DNA of 63,816 nt, counting the filler, from Reclinomonas americana ATCC 50394 (lineage: Eukaryota): assembly GCA_048213135.1 (NCBI GenBank). It is 6 parts of 5 records of this genome, joined end to end, with 100 filler letters (N's around TTAATTAATTAA, not from the genome) between each part and the next. Parts side by side here need not be neighbours in the genome. Positions count along the whole stretch, not along the records: positions 17,365 to 42,180 come from PS015294.1; 5 more parts are not named here. The stretch is one strand, 5' to 3'. The notes beneath the pieces are model-generated. The model was not told where the DNA came from and searched no databases. It saw nothing but the letters and a program-made list of their open reading frames with translations. Positions 23,202-36,032 of the stretch are shown in pieces. Position 1 is the stretch's first letter. Each line of letters opens with the position of its first letter. The position numbers and the translations under genes were made by a program.

Positions 23202-24997
23202 TCGACGATCCGCCCGCGCACGGGTTGCCGCCCATCGTGTGTCGCTTGGGATTCGCCAACACGGCGGGCTTGCTGGCAATCGTCCGCGGCGTCCTCGCAC
23301 CAAAGACCCTCTGCGACTGGCAAGACGTGCAGCAGACTGCAGTGTGTCTCCTACAAGCCTTCCTGTCCGGTCTCACGCCCACCGATCCGCCGAGCAAGCC
23401 GCAGGTGAAGGTGATCACCAGTTGCGTGCCGACGCAGGAGGGCACCGTGCAGTGTGAGCTGGTGGACGGGTATCTGTTGTCGGGTGGCGGTGGAGTGGAT
23501 TGGAGCACGGAGTTCTCCCGACAGACGAACCAGCGCGACCCTCAGCTGCGCGACTGTCGCATTCTCCTGTTTGTCGAAGCTGTGGAGCCACCGCAGGTCG
23601 GCGTCGATGCTGTTACCACGGTGCGTTGATATTCTCTCCATGATGCGTGAGTGTGTGTCTCACGATTGTGCATGCGCAGAGCGGGCAACCGTTGCAAGAC
23701 ATTGCGCTGGTGAATGTGTCGTCGGGTGAGCAGACGGCGGTGAATGTGGAGTTCTTGTCGGCGGCGGCGCGCGCCGTGCTGCTGTCGTTTCCCCTCAGTG
23801 CAGTCGTGGTGGTGGCCTGCCAGAAAACCGTGCATCCGCTGTTTGTGGAAGTCTTGCGTAAGCAGGCAGGCTCGCGCTCGGTGCTCGTCCTCGAACGCTT
23901 GTCGGCCTTCCATGTGCGCGAGTTCGCGATGATGACCGGCTGCAAGCCAATTGTGTCGCTCTCGCGTGTGCTTTCGAGCCAGCCCGTCGATCGCTGGGCG
24001 CAGTTGTTCCAGCACGCGGCCGGCTCTTGCCAGCGGCTGTCACTGTTTTCGTTGCCAAGCGGGAAGCGGTGCATTTTTTCTTCTTCACCTATCACGTGCC
24101 ACGGGCTCTCACTGACCGCTTCGCGTCTGCCAGTGTTGTGCGCGTTGAGAATGCGGCCGTGCGCAGTTGCAGTGTGGTGCTGTCGCACCAGAGTGAGGTG
24201 GCGCTGCGAGATTTGGAGAGCGCTGCTCGGGCGGCGCTACAGTGCCTTTCGTTGTGCTTGAGGTGTGGCGCCGTTGGTGCCTACTGTAAGGTGCTTCTTC
24301 TTCTGACTGCCGACTCTTGACGCAGTCATCCATTTGCGTGCCCGGGTGCCGGTGTTACCGAGATTCTGCTGGCCGATGCTCTGAGAAGAGAGAGTGCTGT
24401 GGTGTGCGCAAGCGACGCTCGTGGTTCGTTGGGCTGCGTCTATATTCTTCTGCTGCGCTCTCTGTGTTTTCACGCAGCACACGCAGACGATCGCGAAGCG
24501 CGAGAGTTGCGCGCCTGCTTTGATTGTGTTGCCGAGGCACTGGAGGACGTGGCCACGTGCGCTTTCATGAGAGGCGTGTCGCGGGCGGCCGCGGTCACTG
24601 CACGCGAGCTGTGCGACACTGTGGTCGCACACAACAGGAAAGTGGCGACGCCCGTCCCCAGTGCCGAGTGTGTTACCATCACGGGTGCGACAGTGGCAGG
24701 CGATGACGATTGGTCGCGCGCAGTGTGTGACGAAGAGTGGAGTGTGCCACTGCGACCGCTCATGCGTCTGGAGCGCCGAGAAGGCGGTGCGTTTGTCAAC
24801 TGCCTGCTGTCGCGTGCCATCGATCCTGCGCTTATCTCTCTGCCACAGGCGAATGGAGGTTGGCGGAGGAGGAGGTGTCGTCGTCGTCGGACTCGGTGCT
24901 TGACAATCTGCACGTTCTGCAGTCGGCATTGGAGGTGGCCGTGGACACGTGCGGCGAGCTACTGCGCACACAGGAGATCGTGTTCGAGGTGGACTGA
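23202..24997 (+). CDS. MKKS: MKKS/BBS6 chaperonin-like protein (multi-exon, 5' end in gap)
   Basis: LLAIVRGVLAPK, LLQAFL, VVACQKTVHP, PGAGVTEILLA, AEALEDVA and C-terminal VLDNL...ALEVAVDT...LL resemble MKKS. Confidence 0.68.
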
Positions 24998-25051
24998 TGC
25001 GACCAAGACGAGCTGCTGTACACTGACGGGGATTCTTGCGAGTTGAGTGTC

Positions 25052-26632
25052 TCATCGTGGCCTTTGTGATCCAGAGGCTGCTGGCGCTGCCGCTGCTGCG
25101 GTGGCTCTTGCCTGTGGCTTGGGTGGTGGTGGTGGTGCTGCTGCTGCCGACGGTGCCGCGGATTCGTGCACGCCACTGGCCCCGACTCCCTCGCGAGTCC
25201 CTTCGTCCTCATCGCCCTGCGTGATGAACGCGAGCCGCCGATCAAACCACTCGACGTCCTCCTCCATCTGCGCGACACGGTGAGTGAATACAATCAAAGC
25301 AAGTGTGCAACCCTTGATTCAGTGTCCCCACTCACGCAACTCCAGGGTACCGAGAGAGCGTGTCGCGCAGATTGCGGTACCTGTCGACAATGTCGAATCC
25401 GAGCACAATCTGCAGCTTCCGGAGGCACACGGGGCACAGATGCATGGACTTGCGGTCGCTCTCGTCGAGGTGGTTGCTGCCGTTCATCCTGCGAGAGAAT
25501 TCATGTCAGTCAGTGCAAGCGGCGTGCGCGGACAGCCAACAATTGCAACGCAACAGACACGAATAATAGATGCAGTGCTGCAGGTGGGAGGGAATCAGTG
25601 AAAATCAGCTTCGCGTGAGACACAAACACTGTGAAGAAGAAGGTGTACCTTGAGGCCGTACAGGTGACCGATTTCGTGACACACCACCTTGATCGCCCGA
25701 CGCAGCAGCACGGTGGTCCAGTCGTCGTCACGATCGAAGCCGTCGAAGCTCGGGTCGTACCGCGCAAAGGAGAAGACACCGTTGCGCTCCATAAAGTTGG
25801 CCATGCTGCAGAGAGATGTGCGTCAGTGTGCGAGAGAGAAGGAGAGTGGTGGACACCAGTGGCATGCCGGCGCACCCAAACACAAAGTTCCACTCCGGGC
25901 CTGGGTACAGATCCATCATGGTGACACCAACGATGCATGAGGCGTTGCGCTTCTTGGCCATCCCATGGCCGAGCACCTTGAAGACGTCCTTGGTCAGCAT
26001 CTGGCGATGGCCGCTGTCATCACAGTTGAGGACAAGCGCAATGGAAAAAGACGACAGATCGCTCACGCAACTCGTTCATGCGCACAGTGATCTGCGACAG
26101 GTCGGTGAGGGCCGGCAGCAGCTCCACTCGCAGCGGTGGGAAGAAGGCGGCACACACATCCACCACCGCGGGAAGCAACAGCGGGTGATCGCGCCTGTGC
26201 ACGATGGCGCAGTGAGTGGAGAATGAGAGCACGAGTGATGCTGATGCTGGCGTGGTCGCAACTCCACACTGCCGCCTGCCTCGAAGCCGTCGCCCATCGG
26301 TTCAACGTAGAGGATGTTGCGGCGCTCCGACACCAGTGGCACTTGTCCTTTGCGCCCAACCATGCGTCGCTCAAAGGAGGTGACCGTCTGGCCGGTCTCA
26401 TTGTGCTCCGAAAGCCAGTCGCCTGCCGTGGGCTTTCGCGGGAGCTTGCGAAAGCTGCGTGCGCTGCGGTTCAGCACAAAACACACATGCGTCGTACAGC
26501 GATCGTAGCGATGCAACGCAACAAGTCTTCGCTCGTATCGAAAGCGCGCGCGGCTCGTGGCGATAGACCGGCCAGTGAACCGAGCGCACCCACGCGCTCC
26601 TCGTCCGTTGGTGAGTGCCAGCGTTTGCTCAT
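25052..26632 (-). CDS. Archaemetzincin zinc metalloprotease (multi-exon)
   Basis: PTAGDWLSEHNETGQ, DLYPGPEWNFVFG, GVFSFARY, HEIGHLYGLKHCIYYSCLMNGSNH and HLCPVCLRKL. Confidence 0.92.
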
Positions 26633-27247
26633 CGAAAGAGTGAAAAATATTAATGACAAAAATAACACTTCGTCGCCCGCGGACGCATGCGCATTGTTGA
26701 CTCAATTCTCCGGCGCGGACGGCAGACACACAGGCAGATGAAACCGATTCACGCATGTGTGGATGCACGCATCCTGCCGTGCGTAGAAACCTGCTGCAGA
26801 CGTTGTTGCGACGTCGCGATCGACGTCGAATGAATCTGGAGACGACCTCTGTGATCTCAATGCGCGCACACCATTTGATTGGCGAGTTCACCGCACGCGT
26901 GTTTGACAGCAGGGACAGCGCCTTCTTCACATTCTTGCATCCTGTCATCGCCGTTTGCATTCCCGGCACATCCTGTCACGGAGGTTATAAACCGGACTCT
27001 CTACGGGCTTCTTCGACTTTGAACTTCGTGGAGCCGCAAGCATCGATCGGCGGCACTGAAGAGCTCCGAAGGCCTGGTCGCCGGTCCACCGAACACGCAG
27101 CGATTTTCCCGCGCGCGCGAGATCACAAGGAAACCTGTCGCACAAAATCTGCGAGTTGTCCTCGTCGCTCAGGGATCACCCCGCTCGTTCCCCACCACAC
27201 CCCCGTGCTCTAACAGACACGCGCACGCGCGTGCACACAATTAACAA

Positions 27248-30200
27248 ATGACAAGTGTGGACAGCTCTCTTGATCTCTCTCCTGTCGACCATGTGCGCGC
27301 GCTGGTCAAGAATCCACAGAGCGACATTGTTGCGTGCCACACTCACGCGTGTGCTCTTGTTCCTCGCCACACACTGGCACTCATCTGTGTGTGCGTGTGC
27401 TCATTGTCATCATGATCAGGCGTCCGTGCTCTCCTTCGTGCAGCGCTCATGCGCGAGCTCCAACAGTGTGGACATGACGGCAGCCGAGGAGGCTGCCGTG
27501 TGTGCACTGGAGCTCGATGAGGTGCAGCGTGGAGCAGATCTCATGCGGTTCGTGTTGTTGTCCGACCGCAGTTGTCTCTTGGGGGTGTTCTTTATTTATC
27601 GACATCTTCCACAGCGCCCTGCTGCAGTTTCATGGACTGCTCTCGCGCCGCGCGCCGCGTGGACAGGCGCTGCTTCGAGTGGCCATTCAGCGGAAGCGAA
27701 TCGAGGCGAGAGACTGTTCTTTGTTATTCATTGTTGTTGTGGTGCGTGACCTCATGCTCTCTCCTTGCCCACAGTGCTGCCGCTTGCTGCTTGTCTCGGG
27801 CGCCAGCACCGACAAGTTTGAGGACGACTACGGTGACGAGACGCCGCTGATCATGGCCGCAGTTACGTTTGGCGGCACGCAAGAACAAGATATCGGCTGG
27901 CTGACATGTTTTGTTTTTCCCTCATCCACACAGGAGGTGTGCAGCAGCGCCATCTTTCGCACGCTGTTGGATTTCGGAGCCTCGCTCTATGCCGTGGACA
28001 CCTCAGGCAACACCATTCTGCACGTGGTTCGTTGTAGGAGGCTGAAGAGCTGTTATCTTGCGACACTCACTGCGGAGAGCACAGTGTGCCAAGGTCGGCA
28101 GTGGCGAGCTCGTCGACATTGTGCTGCGTCGCTTCGACTCTGCCGACGCACGATGCAAGTTCACATCACTCGCCGAGTTTGTTAGTGTCACCAACTCGCT
28201 CGGTCAGACGGCCGTGCACTGTGCACTGATGTCGTTGCGTCTGCGCATCACAGCAGGCAGCTTATGTGCTCTAACATTCGCGTGTGTGTTGTGTGGAGCA
28301 GATCACAGCGGTTGGCTATGGACGATGGTGAGGCGACAATCACCGCTGCTGTAAGTGTTGCAACAGCGCAGCTCATGTTGTGTCTCCCCTGCAGCCACCA
28401 TGGCATCCCTGGCTGCGGATCCGCCCCTGGCGATTCTCAAGAGTATCCTCACATTCGCTGGCGATCGCATGTCGGCGGTGAGTGCACGCTCTCCCTTGTC
28501 GACGCGCTCACCTCCACTCACACGTTGTGTCTCCAGTGGACACGGCCGGACAAACAGGGTTGCACGCCGTTGCATGCGGCGGCCGAACACGGCAGTGTCG
28601 CCGTCGTCGACTTCTTGTTGGCCCGCGGCAACACAGTGTACGCCAAGACGTTTGACGAGGTTTGTGCGTGTGTGTTTCTTGTGTCTGTGCTTGCCACTCA
28701 AAACCATGCGCAGCGAACGGCACTGGACGTGGCGCGTGAGAAGGGTCGACCGGATGTGGCTGCGCGGCTCGTGGCTCACACGTCCTATCCTGCTTCCCCC
28801 ACTCTGGGCAAGGAGGACGGACAGAGGGAGCCTCTCAACGCCATGTGGACGTACGGTTCGCCCCCTCGCAGCGTGTCGTCTCCGGCGTCGACGTGCTGGT
28901 CTCCGGCGGAGGGGAGCGTGCGCGTTCTTCCCGACAGCCCCTCATCGTCGCCGATCAGACAGCTCTCCCAGTTTGGTCTCCCCGAGGTCGACGTGGCCAC
29001 TCTGCGTTGCTCGGTGATTGTACGCACCGAGTTTGAGGTTTGTGGTACCCGAGTCGAAGAAGGCTTGCCTCGCACGCTTACACCCCTGTTCGTTCCCCTC
29101 CAGCGGCTGCAGTACATTATCGGTGGCCGGGAGGCGGCGGCACAGGAGGCACTGTGGACCATTTTGCAGCTCGAGGAGAGCAACAAGATGGAGACTCTGC
29201 TGCGGTATGTCATGCGTGCGTCCACCCAGTCAGCCAGCCAGTCCACTCGTCTGCTCACTCGTGTGCCACCAGTGAGTTGCTGCGTGATCAGCAGGTGCTG
29301 CTGGCCGATCCGGTGCAGGCGGGTGGCCTCCTCAAACGTGCCATTGAGGCCGACCGACCAAAGGTACGCGCGCTTTCCTTCGCACTGTGTGAAACACTCC
29401 AGGTGCCTCACACATGCTATTGCGTTCCAGTGGGTGCTGTTGCTCCTGGAGGCCGGCGTGTCTCCATCAACCTTTCCCGGTGACCCACATGGAGACATTC
29501 CGTTGTTTGCCGCCGCCGTTGCGAACATCCTGCCGCTTTTCTCTGGATCTCTTTCTGTCGATTTGCTCATCGGTGCTCACCTTGCAGCGTCTGCATTCGC
29601 TCGACATTATGTTGACGCTGGTGGACCACAGCGTGTCCATGTACCAGGTTGACCGTGCAGGCAACACGCTGTTGCAAGTGGTACGTGACCAGCATCTTCG
29701 TCTTCGTTGCCTGCTTGCATCGCAGCAACGATGACTGAGCGATTCTTGCAGTGCGCCGCCGAGAGAAATGTGTCGGCCGTGGATCTCATTCTACGCCGCT
29801 TCACCCCGAACGATACTTGGGCGACACTGGGCGAGTACTTGTCGCACACGAATGTTTACGGGCAGAATGCGGTGCACTGTGCCGTGCTGCAGTGAGTACT
29901 CGTCGATATTGTCGAATCTCTGCTCCCCATCGCTCTCCTGACACATACTTGTTCCTCCATGCCGCAGTCGAGCGCAACTCAGCAGTTCTGTGTACTAGTC
30001 CCTGTTCAGTCTCTCTTTCTGCCTCCCGCTCACTCTCAGCTGTGCACAGACCGCGTTCAGGATCCGGCCGCTGCCTCGTTTCAGATTCTCCAGCACCTCT
30101 ACCGTGCCGGCATGAGCGAGACCATCAATGTGAGATCGCCCGTTTTCGTGTGCATCGTCGACCGCATGTTCGTGCTCTGATAAAAGTTTCCGCGCGCAGT

Positions 30201-33200
30201 GGACACTGGCAGATGCTGACGGCTGGACTCCGTTGCACCACGCCTGCATCACGAGTGGAGTGGAGGTAATTTGCTTGCTGCAAAAGGTCGGTAACTCGGT
30301 CAACGCACAGACGCACAATGGAGTTACGTTGGTACACGTGGCTTCATTCGGTATTCGCCGGGTACACCCTTATTCACAGAGCACTCCGTTGACAGAGCAC
30401 GCCGTTGCATTTGGCTTGTCTGCAAGGCAAGATCGACGTTGTGCGCGAACTAGTGCACAAACCGACTGTGGATCTTAACGTGGTGGACAAGAACGACTTC
30501 AACCCGCTGTGTGTGGCCTGCGAAGTTGGTTAGTCGGTCTCCCTTTGGCTTGTAGTTCGCGGTGATTGCTCGTACGTGCTGAATGCGCCGTCGCTTGCTG
30601 CAGGCGCCTCGGATTGTGTCGCACTGCTGTTGCAGCAGGGCGCACACATTGTACCGTACCACGCATCAGGGACTCTCAAGCAGGGCACTGCGCTGCACGC
30701 GTGTGTCATGTGCGCCGACCCAGATCGCGGTCTCATCTGTGCCGAGTTGCTGCTGGAGGCCGTGTGCTCGGTGTCGGCCAAGCAGTCTGTCAGCTCGCCG
30801 GGTGGGTACAAACTCGCGTACTTAAAAAAGCATGACAAAGACGCTTACTCCCACCACCTCCAGATGCTGGCTCGACCCTGCTGCAGATGCACGGTGCGGT
30901 GTTTCTGGATCACCGGACGGATGCTGGTGTCACTGCAGGCCAACTGGCGTCCGCTCGCTGCAACCGGCTCCTCATGTCGTTCTTGTCGAGTGCCGAGGTA
31001 TCGTCCCCGCCACGAAGAGATTCACACACATCGTTTCTCCTCGAGTTCATCCTCACCCCGCTGCATGCAGATCTCGTTTGGATTCCCCCGCGCACTGCTC
31101 CCTTCGGCTGTCGTCAGTGCCGACGACGGTACGTTCTTGATGCATATAGAGTACGCACCTATTTTTCTTCATCATCACTGTCGTCTCACTCCTCGAGCAT
31201 GGCGGCAGTGTCGCGCACAAAGGTGCTCAGTGCACGCATCAAGCCGCGCGACTACGGCATGGTTATGCGATCGATCAGCTCGTTCGGCTTGCAGAGCGAG
31301 GGTGCTGCGATTATCGCCAGAACTGCCTTGATGCTGGCGGCGGAGAGCGACGCACATGTGTGGCTCCTCAGGTGCGTCGTGTCATCTTTGTCTTCTTCTT
31401 CTGTTACCCGGGTTGACGTTGATGGTTGTTGATCTGCAGCGACCTGCTGCAAAGTGTGCCCTCGTGTGTGACGGCGGTGAGCAGCGATGGACTCCAGCGC
31501 TCTGCCACTCACGTGGCCGCTGCTTCCGGTGCTCTGCAAGTTACGTGGCCTTGCCGCGAGGCGGCTCCGCAGTCACCAGTTTCGTGTCCTTAACCGTGTG
31601 CATGTTTCATGGTGTGCAGAATCTGCAAGTCCTCCTGAGCGCCAAAGCGTCGGTGAATGCCATGGATGCGAACAAGCAGACGCCGCTGGCTCTCGCCATC
31701 GAGGCGTGCAACATTACCGCTGTCGACATGTTGATTCGTGCTGGTATGTGCATGCTCTGTGCGCTCAGCACATTGTTTCCGCCCACTGAGCATTGGTGTA
31801 CCAGGTGCCTCCATTCGGAAAAAGGATGCGTCTGGCGAGAACATGTTGCACAAGGCCGTGCGTACCGGCAGCATTGAATTGGTGCTTCGTGTACTGCAGT
31901 CTTGCGAGTCGGTGCTCCGCAAGCACAAGCTCGTGACCGACACCAAGAAGGCCGGCTTCTCTGCGCTGCATGCCACGCTGTCGTCGTGCGTTGAATGATT
32001 GCATGGTGTTGTCCGGTGACAGAGATGCTGACTGCTTGCTGCTCTCGTCATGCAGGCACGTGCGAGTGTCGCCACGGGAAGGTAACGATGAGGTGGCTGC
32101 CTGGTCGCCCAACGTGCACCGCAGCAATGCGAGGAGCGGTATGTGCTTCTCGCGTAGACTGCCTGCGGCCGATGTGCACGCTGACACCGCGAGCTCTGTG
32201 TTGCTGCAGACATTGCCTTTGACTGGCGACCGGCACCGATGGAGCGCCTCGCCGTCCAATGGCGCATTCTCAAGCTGCTTGTCGAACTGGCGCAGTGCAC
32301 TGTGGCCGACGTGCGTCGTGCATGGACTGCATTCCCTACTCTAGTCACCACACCGTTGCTTATTTCTTCGCTTCTGCAGCTGGACGCGCGTGACAACCGC
32401 GGCTATACGCCGCTCCACTACGCCGCGGCCACGGGCGACTCGACATCTGTTGCACTGCTGTTGGGCTGGGGCGCATCGGTCAACAAGCAAGTGCTGCCCA
32501 CGCGTGGCGCAGGTCTGTTCTCCACCGATGAAGGAGCCACTGCGTTGTGTCTGGCTGCCGGTGCCCGCGAAGCCGGCGCCACCCAGGTGCTGCTGTCTAC
32601 GCCCGACGTGAATGTGGACGCTGCCGACGCATACGGACGTACGCCGCTCTACCGTGCTTGTTGCCGAGCCGCCGTCCGCTGCGTGCGCCTGCTCACTCTC
32701 TACGGCGCCGACGTGACAAAGCAGGCGAGAATACGGGTGCGTCACAGTCATTGGTACGAGCCTGTGAATGCGCTTGAGTGACACCAGACTTGTGCAGAAC
32801 GCTGTCTGCACTCCAGTTACCGCTTGTGTTCGTCAAACCACACATCGCCGGCGTGCTGCAGTGTGTCTTGAGCTGTTGCTGGAGGCCCTTGTGCGGCAGC
32901 ACGAGCAGCATGCAAGCACTGGCCAGCTGCGGAGCGTGTACGACATGCTCGCTGAGTGCTGCTGCAGCGCCGATGAAATCAACTTTGCACTGGAGCACAC
33001 GACGGATGTGAACCGAGTGGATGTCACTCTGCGATCACTGGTGGTGCGTGTTCATTTTGTGTACGTGCATTTGTCGACGGTGATCATCCTATCACTGAAT
33101 CGCAATCGACGCAGCGTGTACTGGATTGCACCAGCAGCACGCACACGACATCGGTACGTATGTGAGCCACTACACTAGCCCACGCGTATCATCTCCCCGA

Positions 33201-33492
33201 CTGACACCTCAGTGCTACTGACTTGCAGCCGGCCGTCACTGCTGGATCGTCGAGTGCCGTTGCTCCGTCGTCCTCGTCGCCACGAAAGACGACCACTCGA
33301 CAGCACCACTTGCAGACGCACCTGCATCGGCAGGCTGCCAAGTGGCGCTCCATGCCACTCCTTCTCATCCTATTCATGGTCGTGGCTATTGTCGTTCTTG
33401 CCGTGCTCTTCTCCGCGTGGTCTCCACTCAATGAGCTGGCCGCCGGTGTGAGTGTGGACCACACCGAAGCCTCTGCTTATCTGTATCGTTGA
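27248..33492 (+). CDS. Large ankyrin-repeat protein with C-terminal TM segment (many exons; could be two genes)
   Basis: Repeated ankyrin motifs (GCTPLHAAAEHG, GWTPLHHAC, KQTPLALAI, GYTPLHYAAATG, GRTPLYRAC). Terminal hydrophobic stretch LLLILFMVVAIVVLAVLF. Confidence 0.75.
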
Positions 33493-33552
33493 AAACGAAA
33501 AAAAAAACAGAGTGGACGTCACATTGTGTTATCGTTGTCAGCAACTGCAAAT

Positions 33553-35712
33553 TCATGGTTCAATCGTCCGAGCGTGTGTCAGCACTCGCGGCGCAATGGT
33601 CTCCACATGGAGGAGCAGCTCATGAACACTCATCTCCATCGCGCTGTCCATGCTTTCCACGTGACGAGCTGCCTCTCGCAAACTCGTCACCGGCAGCAAC
33701 TGCAATGCGCGCGGCCACACCACCGAGTCCACCCACGCAGCGTCGGCATTTGTGGCATCGTGCCCGTCACTTTGCTGCTGCCAGGCCAGAGCGCGCTGAG
33801 TGCGTCGTTCCTTGTGGACCTGCTGTGAAATGTTGCATGCCACCAGATAGGCCACAGTCAACAGCGGGGCGGCCAGCACCTGCTCAGCGACAGTGGTGCT
33901 CGTCGACACGTGCAGAATGCGAGTGCGAACCGAGTCCTCCATGCCCGCACCCTGTCGTTCGTCACGCGNNNNNNNNNNNNNNNNNNNNNNNNNNNNNNNN
34001 NNNNNNNNNNNNNNNNNNNNNNNNNNNNNNNNNNNNNNNNNNNNNNNNNNNNNNNNNNNNNNNNNNNNNNNNNNNNNNNNNNNNNNNNNNNNNNNNNNNN
34101 NNNNNNNNNNNNNNNNNNNNNNNNNNNNNNNNNNNNNNNNNNNNNNNNNNNNNNNNNNNNNNNNNNNNNNNNNNNNNNNNNNNNNNNNNNNNNNNNNNNN
34201 NNNNNNNNNTGCCGTCGAAGCACCACCACCCGCCGACAGAGTGCGCGCAACATTCCCAGGCAGTCCTTGACCACCGGTCATCATGTGCTGCAGAAAGTCG
34301 GCAAACGATTGACGTGGTGACGGCGGCGTAAGCAGCATCGGCTCCGGCGCAGCCTCTTGGCGTGTCACCGTCAGCATGTCGTCTTCGCTCAGCTGCATCT
34401 CCTGCAACACGCGATCACGGGCGACTCGCTGTGCGGCCAAGCGATTCCACTCGTGGACTATGGCGCTAGCATTCGTCGACGTCGACGACCCACTGGCGGG
34501 CGGCCTTGCTGCCGTCTCTCGAGTGCACCACGACTTCAACGGAAGGTGTGCACCGTTGGGCAGTGGCGCATTGAATCGCACGGTTCTGCAACCAAGCAAC
34601 ACATGTCAGTGTCGCCAGCTGATGCCACCAACACACTGTGAGTTCCACTTCACCCTACAGCTGGCGGCGACGCAGTTGCGGCCTTGATGTGAATCGATAC
34701 GCGTCGGCCGCACACGGTCTCCACCACGCGACGAAAGCCACGCCACTCGCCCGTCACACTCGATTCACCTACGCAAGCCAGTGCGGGTGTCACCAAACAT
34801 GTACATACACACACGCACGCACGTGCACGGCCGCCTCACCCGCATCGAGTGGAAGAGGCGCGTCGACGGCATCGATAAGGCGCTCCATGCGTCGTCGCAA
34901 GAGAAGCAAGCGGCGGTGCCGATCGTGGCCGTCGGATTCATCGGCAGCGGCAGCGGCCTTGTCCTGGCGGGGGACGGCGCGCCAGAGGATGCGTCGAAGA
35001 AACGAGGCCAGCTCACGCACCCATACGTGTGGTCTCTCTTCACGAAACACGCCACGCGACAGCAGAAACTGCGTCCATGTGTGCACAAAGACGTACACCG
35101 AGCGCAGAGTGCGACGAAAGAATGCGACGTCTGCGGTCGGTCTGTGTGCAAAGAGACGCGAACACTGCCGCAGGAAACGCACTCGCAAGCACTGATCGTA
35201 GTAGTCGCCACTGACGACCAGCTGGAGAATGTCGTCGGGTCCGCGCCACCCTGGATCGGCCGCCACCTGCGCCTGCATGCGTTGCACACAATAACGCATC
35301 AACACACACGATGACGAAGTGCAGCCTGTCCATCAGCCATCCACATGCACACCTGACATTGTTGCAGACGTCGTCGCAGCAAGTACACGTCGGCCAGCTG
35401 TGTACTGATGAGATGCTGCTTGGCTTGCACGCGATCCAGCACCGCTGCAGCATCCAGAAAGCGCTGCAGCACACACGCACCGTACGCTTCTCAGGGGCAT
35501 GCGCAGCAGAGACTGATCATGCCAACCCCCACACCAACCTGCGTATGCTCGCTGCACACCTGCTCCAGTCGCACCCGTCGCGATAGCAAACCATGCAACA
35601 GACGATCGCCATGCATGTCGCTCGGCGTCGCAGCTTCCTCTCGGAGACGCATCAAGGCTTGCACAGCGGTGTGCACTGCATGTGCATACACCTGCTCTTT
35701 GACACTCTCCAT
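33553..35712 (-). CDS. Hypothetical protein (multi-exon, internal gap)
   Basis: Chain of GT-AG-bounded exons from MESVKEQ to the stop at 33553. No family recognised. Confidence 0.5.
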
Positions 35713-36032
35713 CGATGTGTGTGTGTGTGGTGGGGACAACACGACAACCAATGCATGCAACGTTCAAANNNNNNNNNNNNNNNNNNNNNNNNNNNNNNNN
35801 NNNNNNNNNNNNNNNNNNNNNNNNNNNNNNNNNNNNNNNNNNNNNNNNNNNNNNNNNNNNNNNNNNNNNNNNNNNNNNNNNNNNNNNNNNNNNNNNNNNN
35901 NNNNNNNNNNNNNNNNNNNNNNNNNNNNNNNNNNNNNNNNNNNNNNNNNNNNNNNNNNNNNNNNNNNNNNNNNNNNNNNNNNNNNNNNNNNNNNNNNNNN
36001 NNNNNNNNNNNNNNNNNNNNNNNNNNNNNNNN

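Noticed and set aside
26640..27240. Possible small gene or ncRNA between archaemetzincin and the ankyrin gene
   Set aside because: ORFs on both strands lack recognisable motifs or splice structure, and no convincing RNA structure or box motifs were seen.
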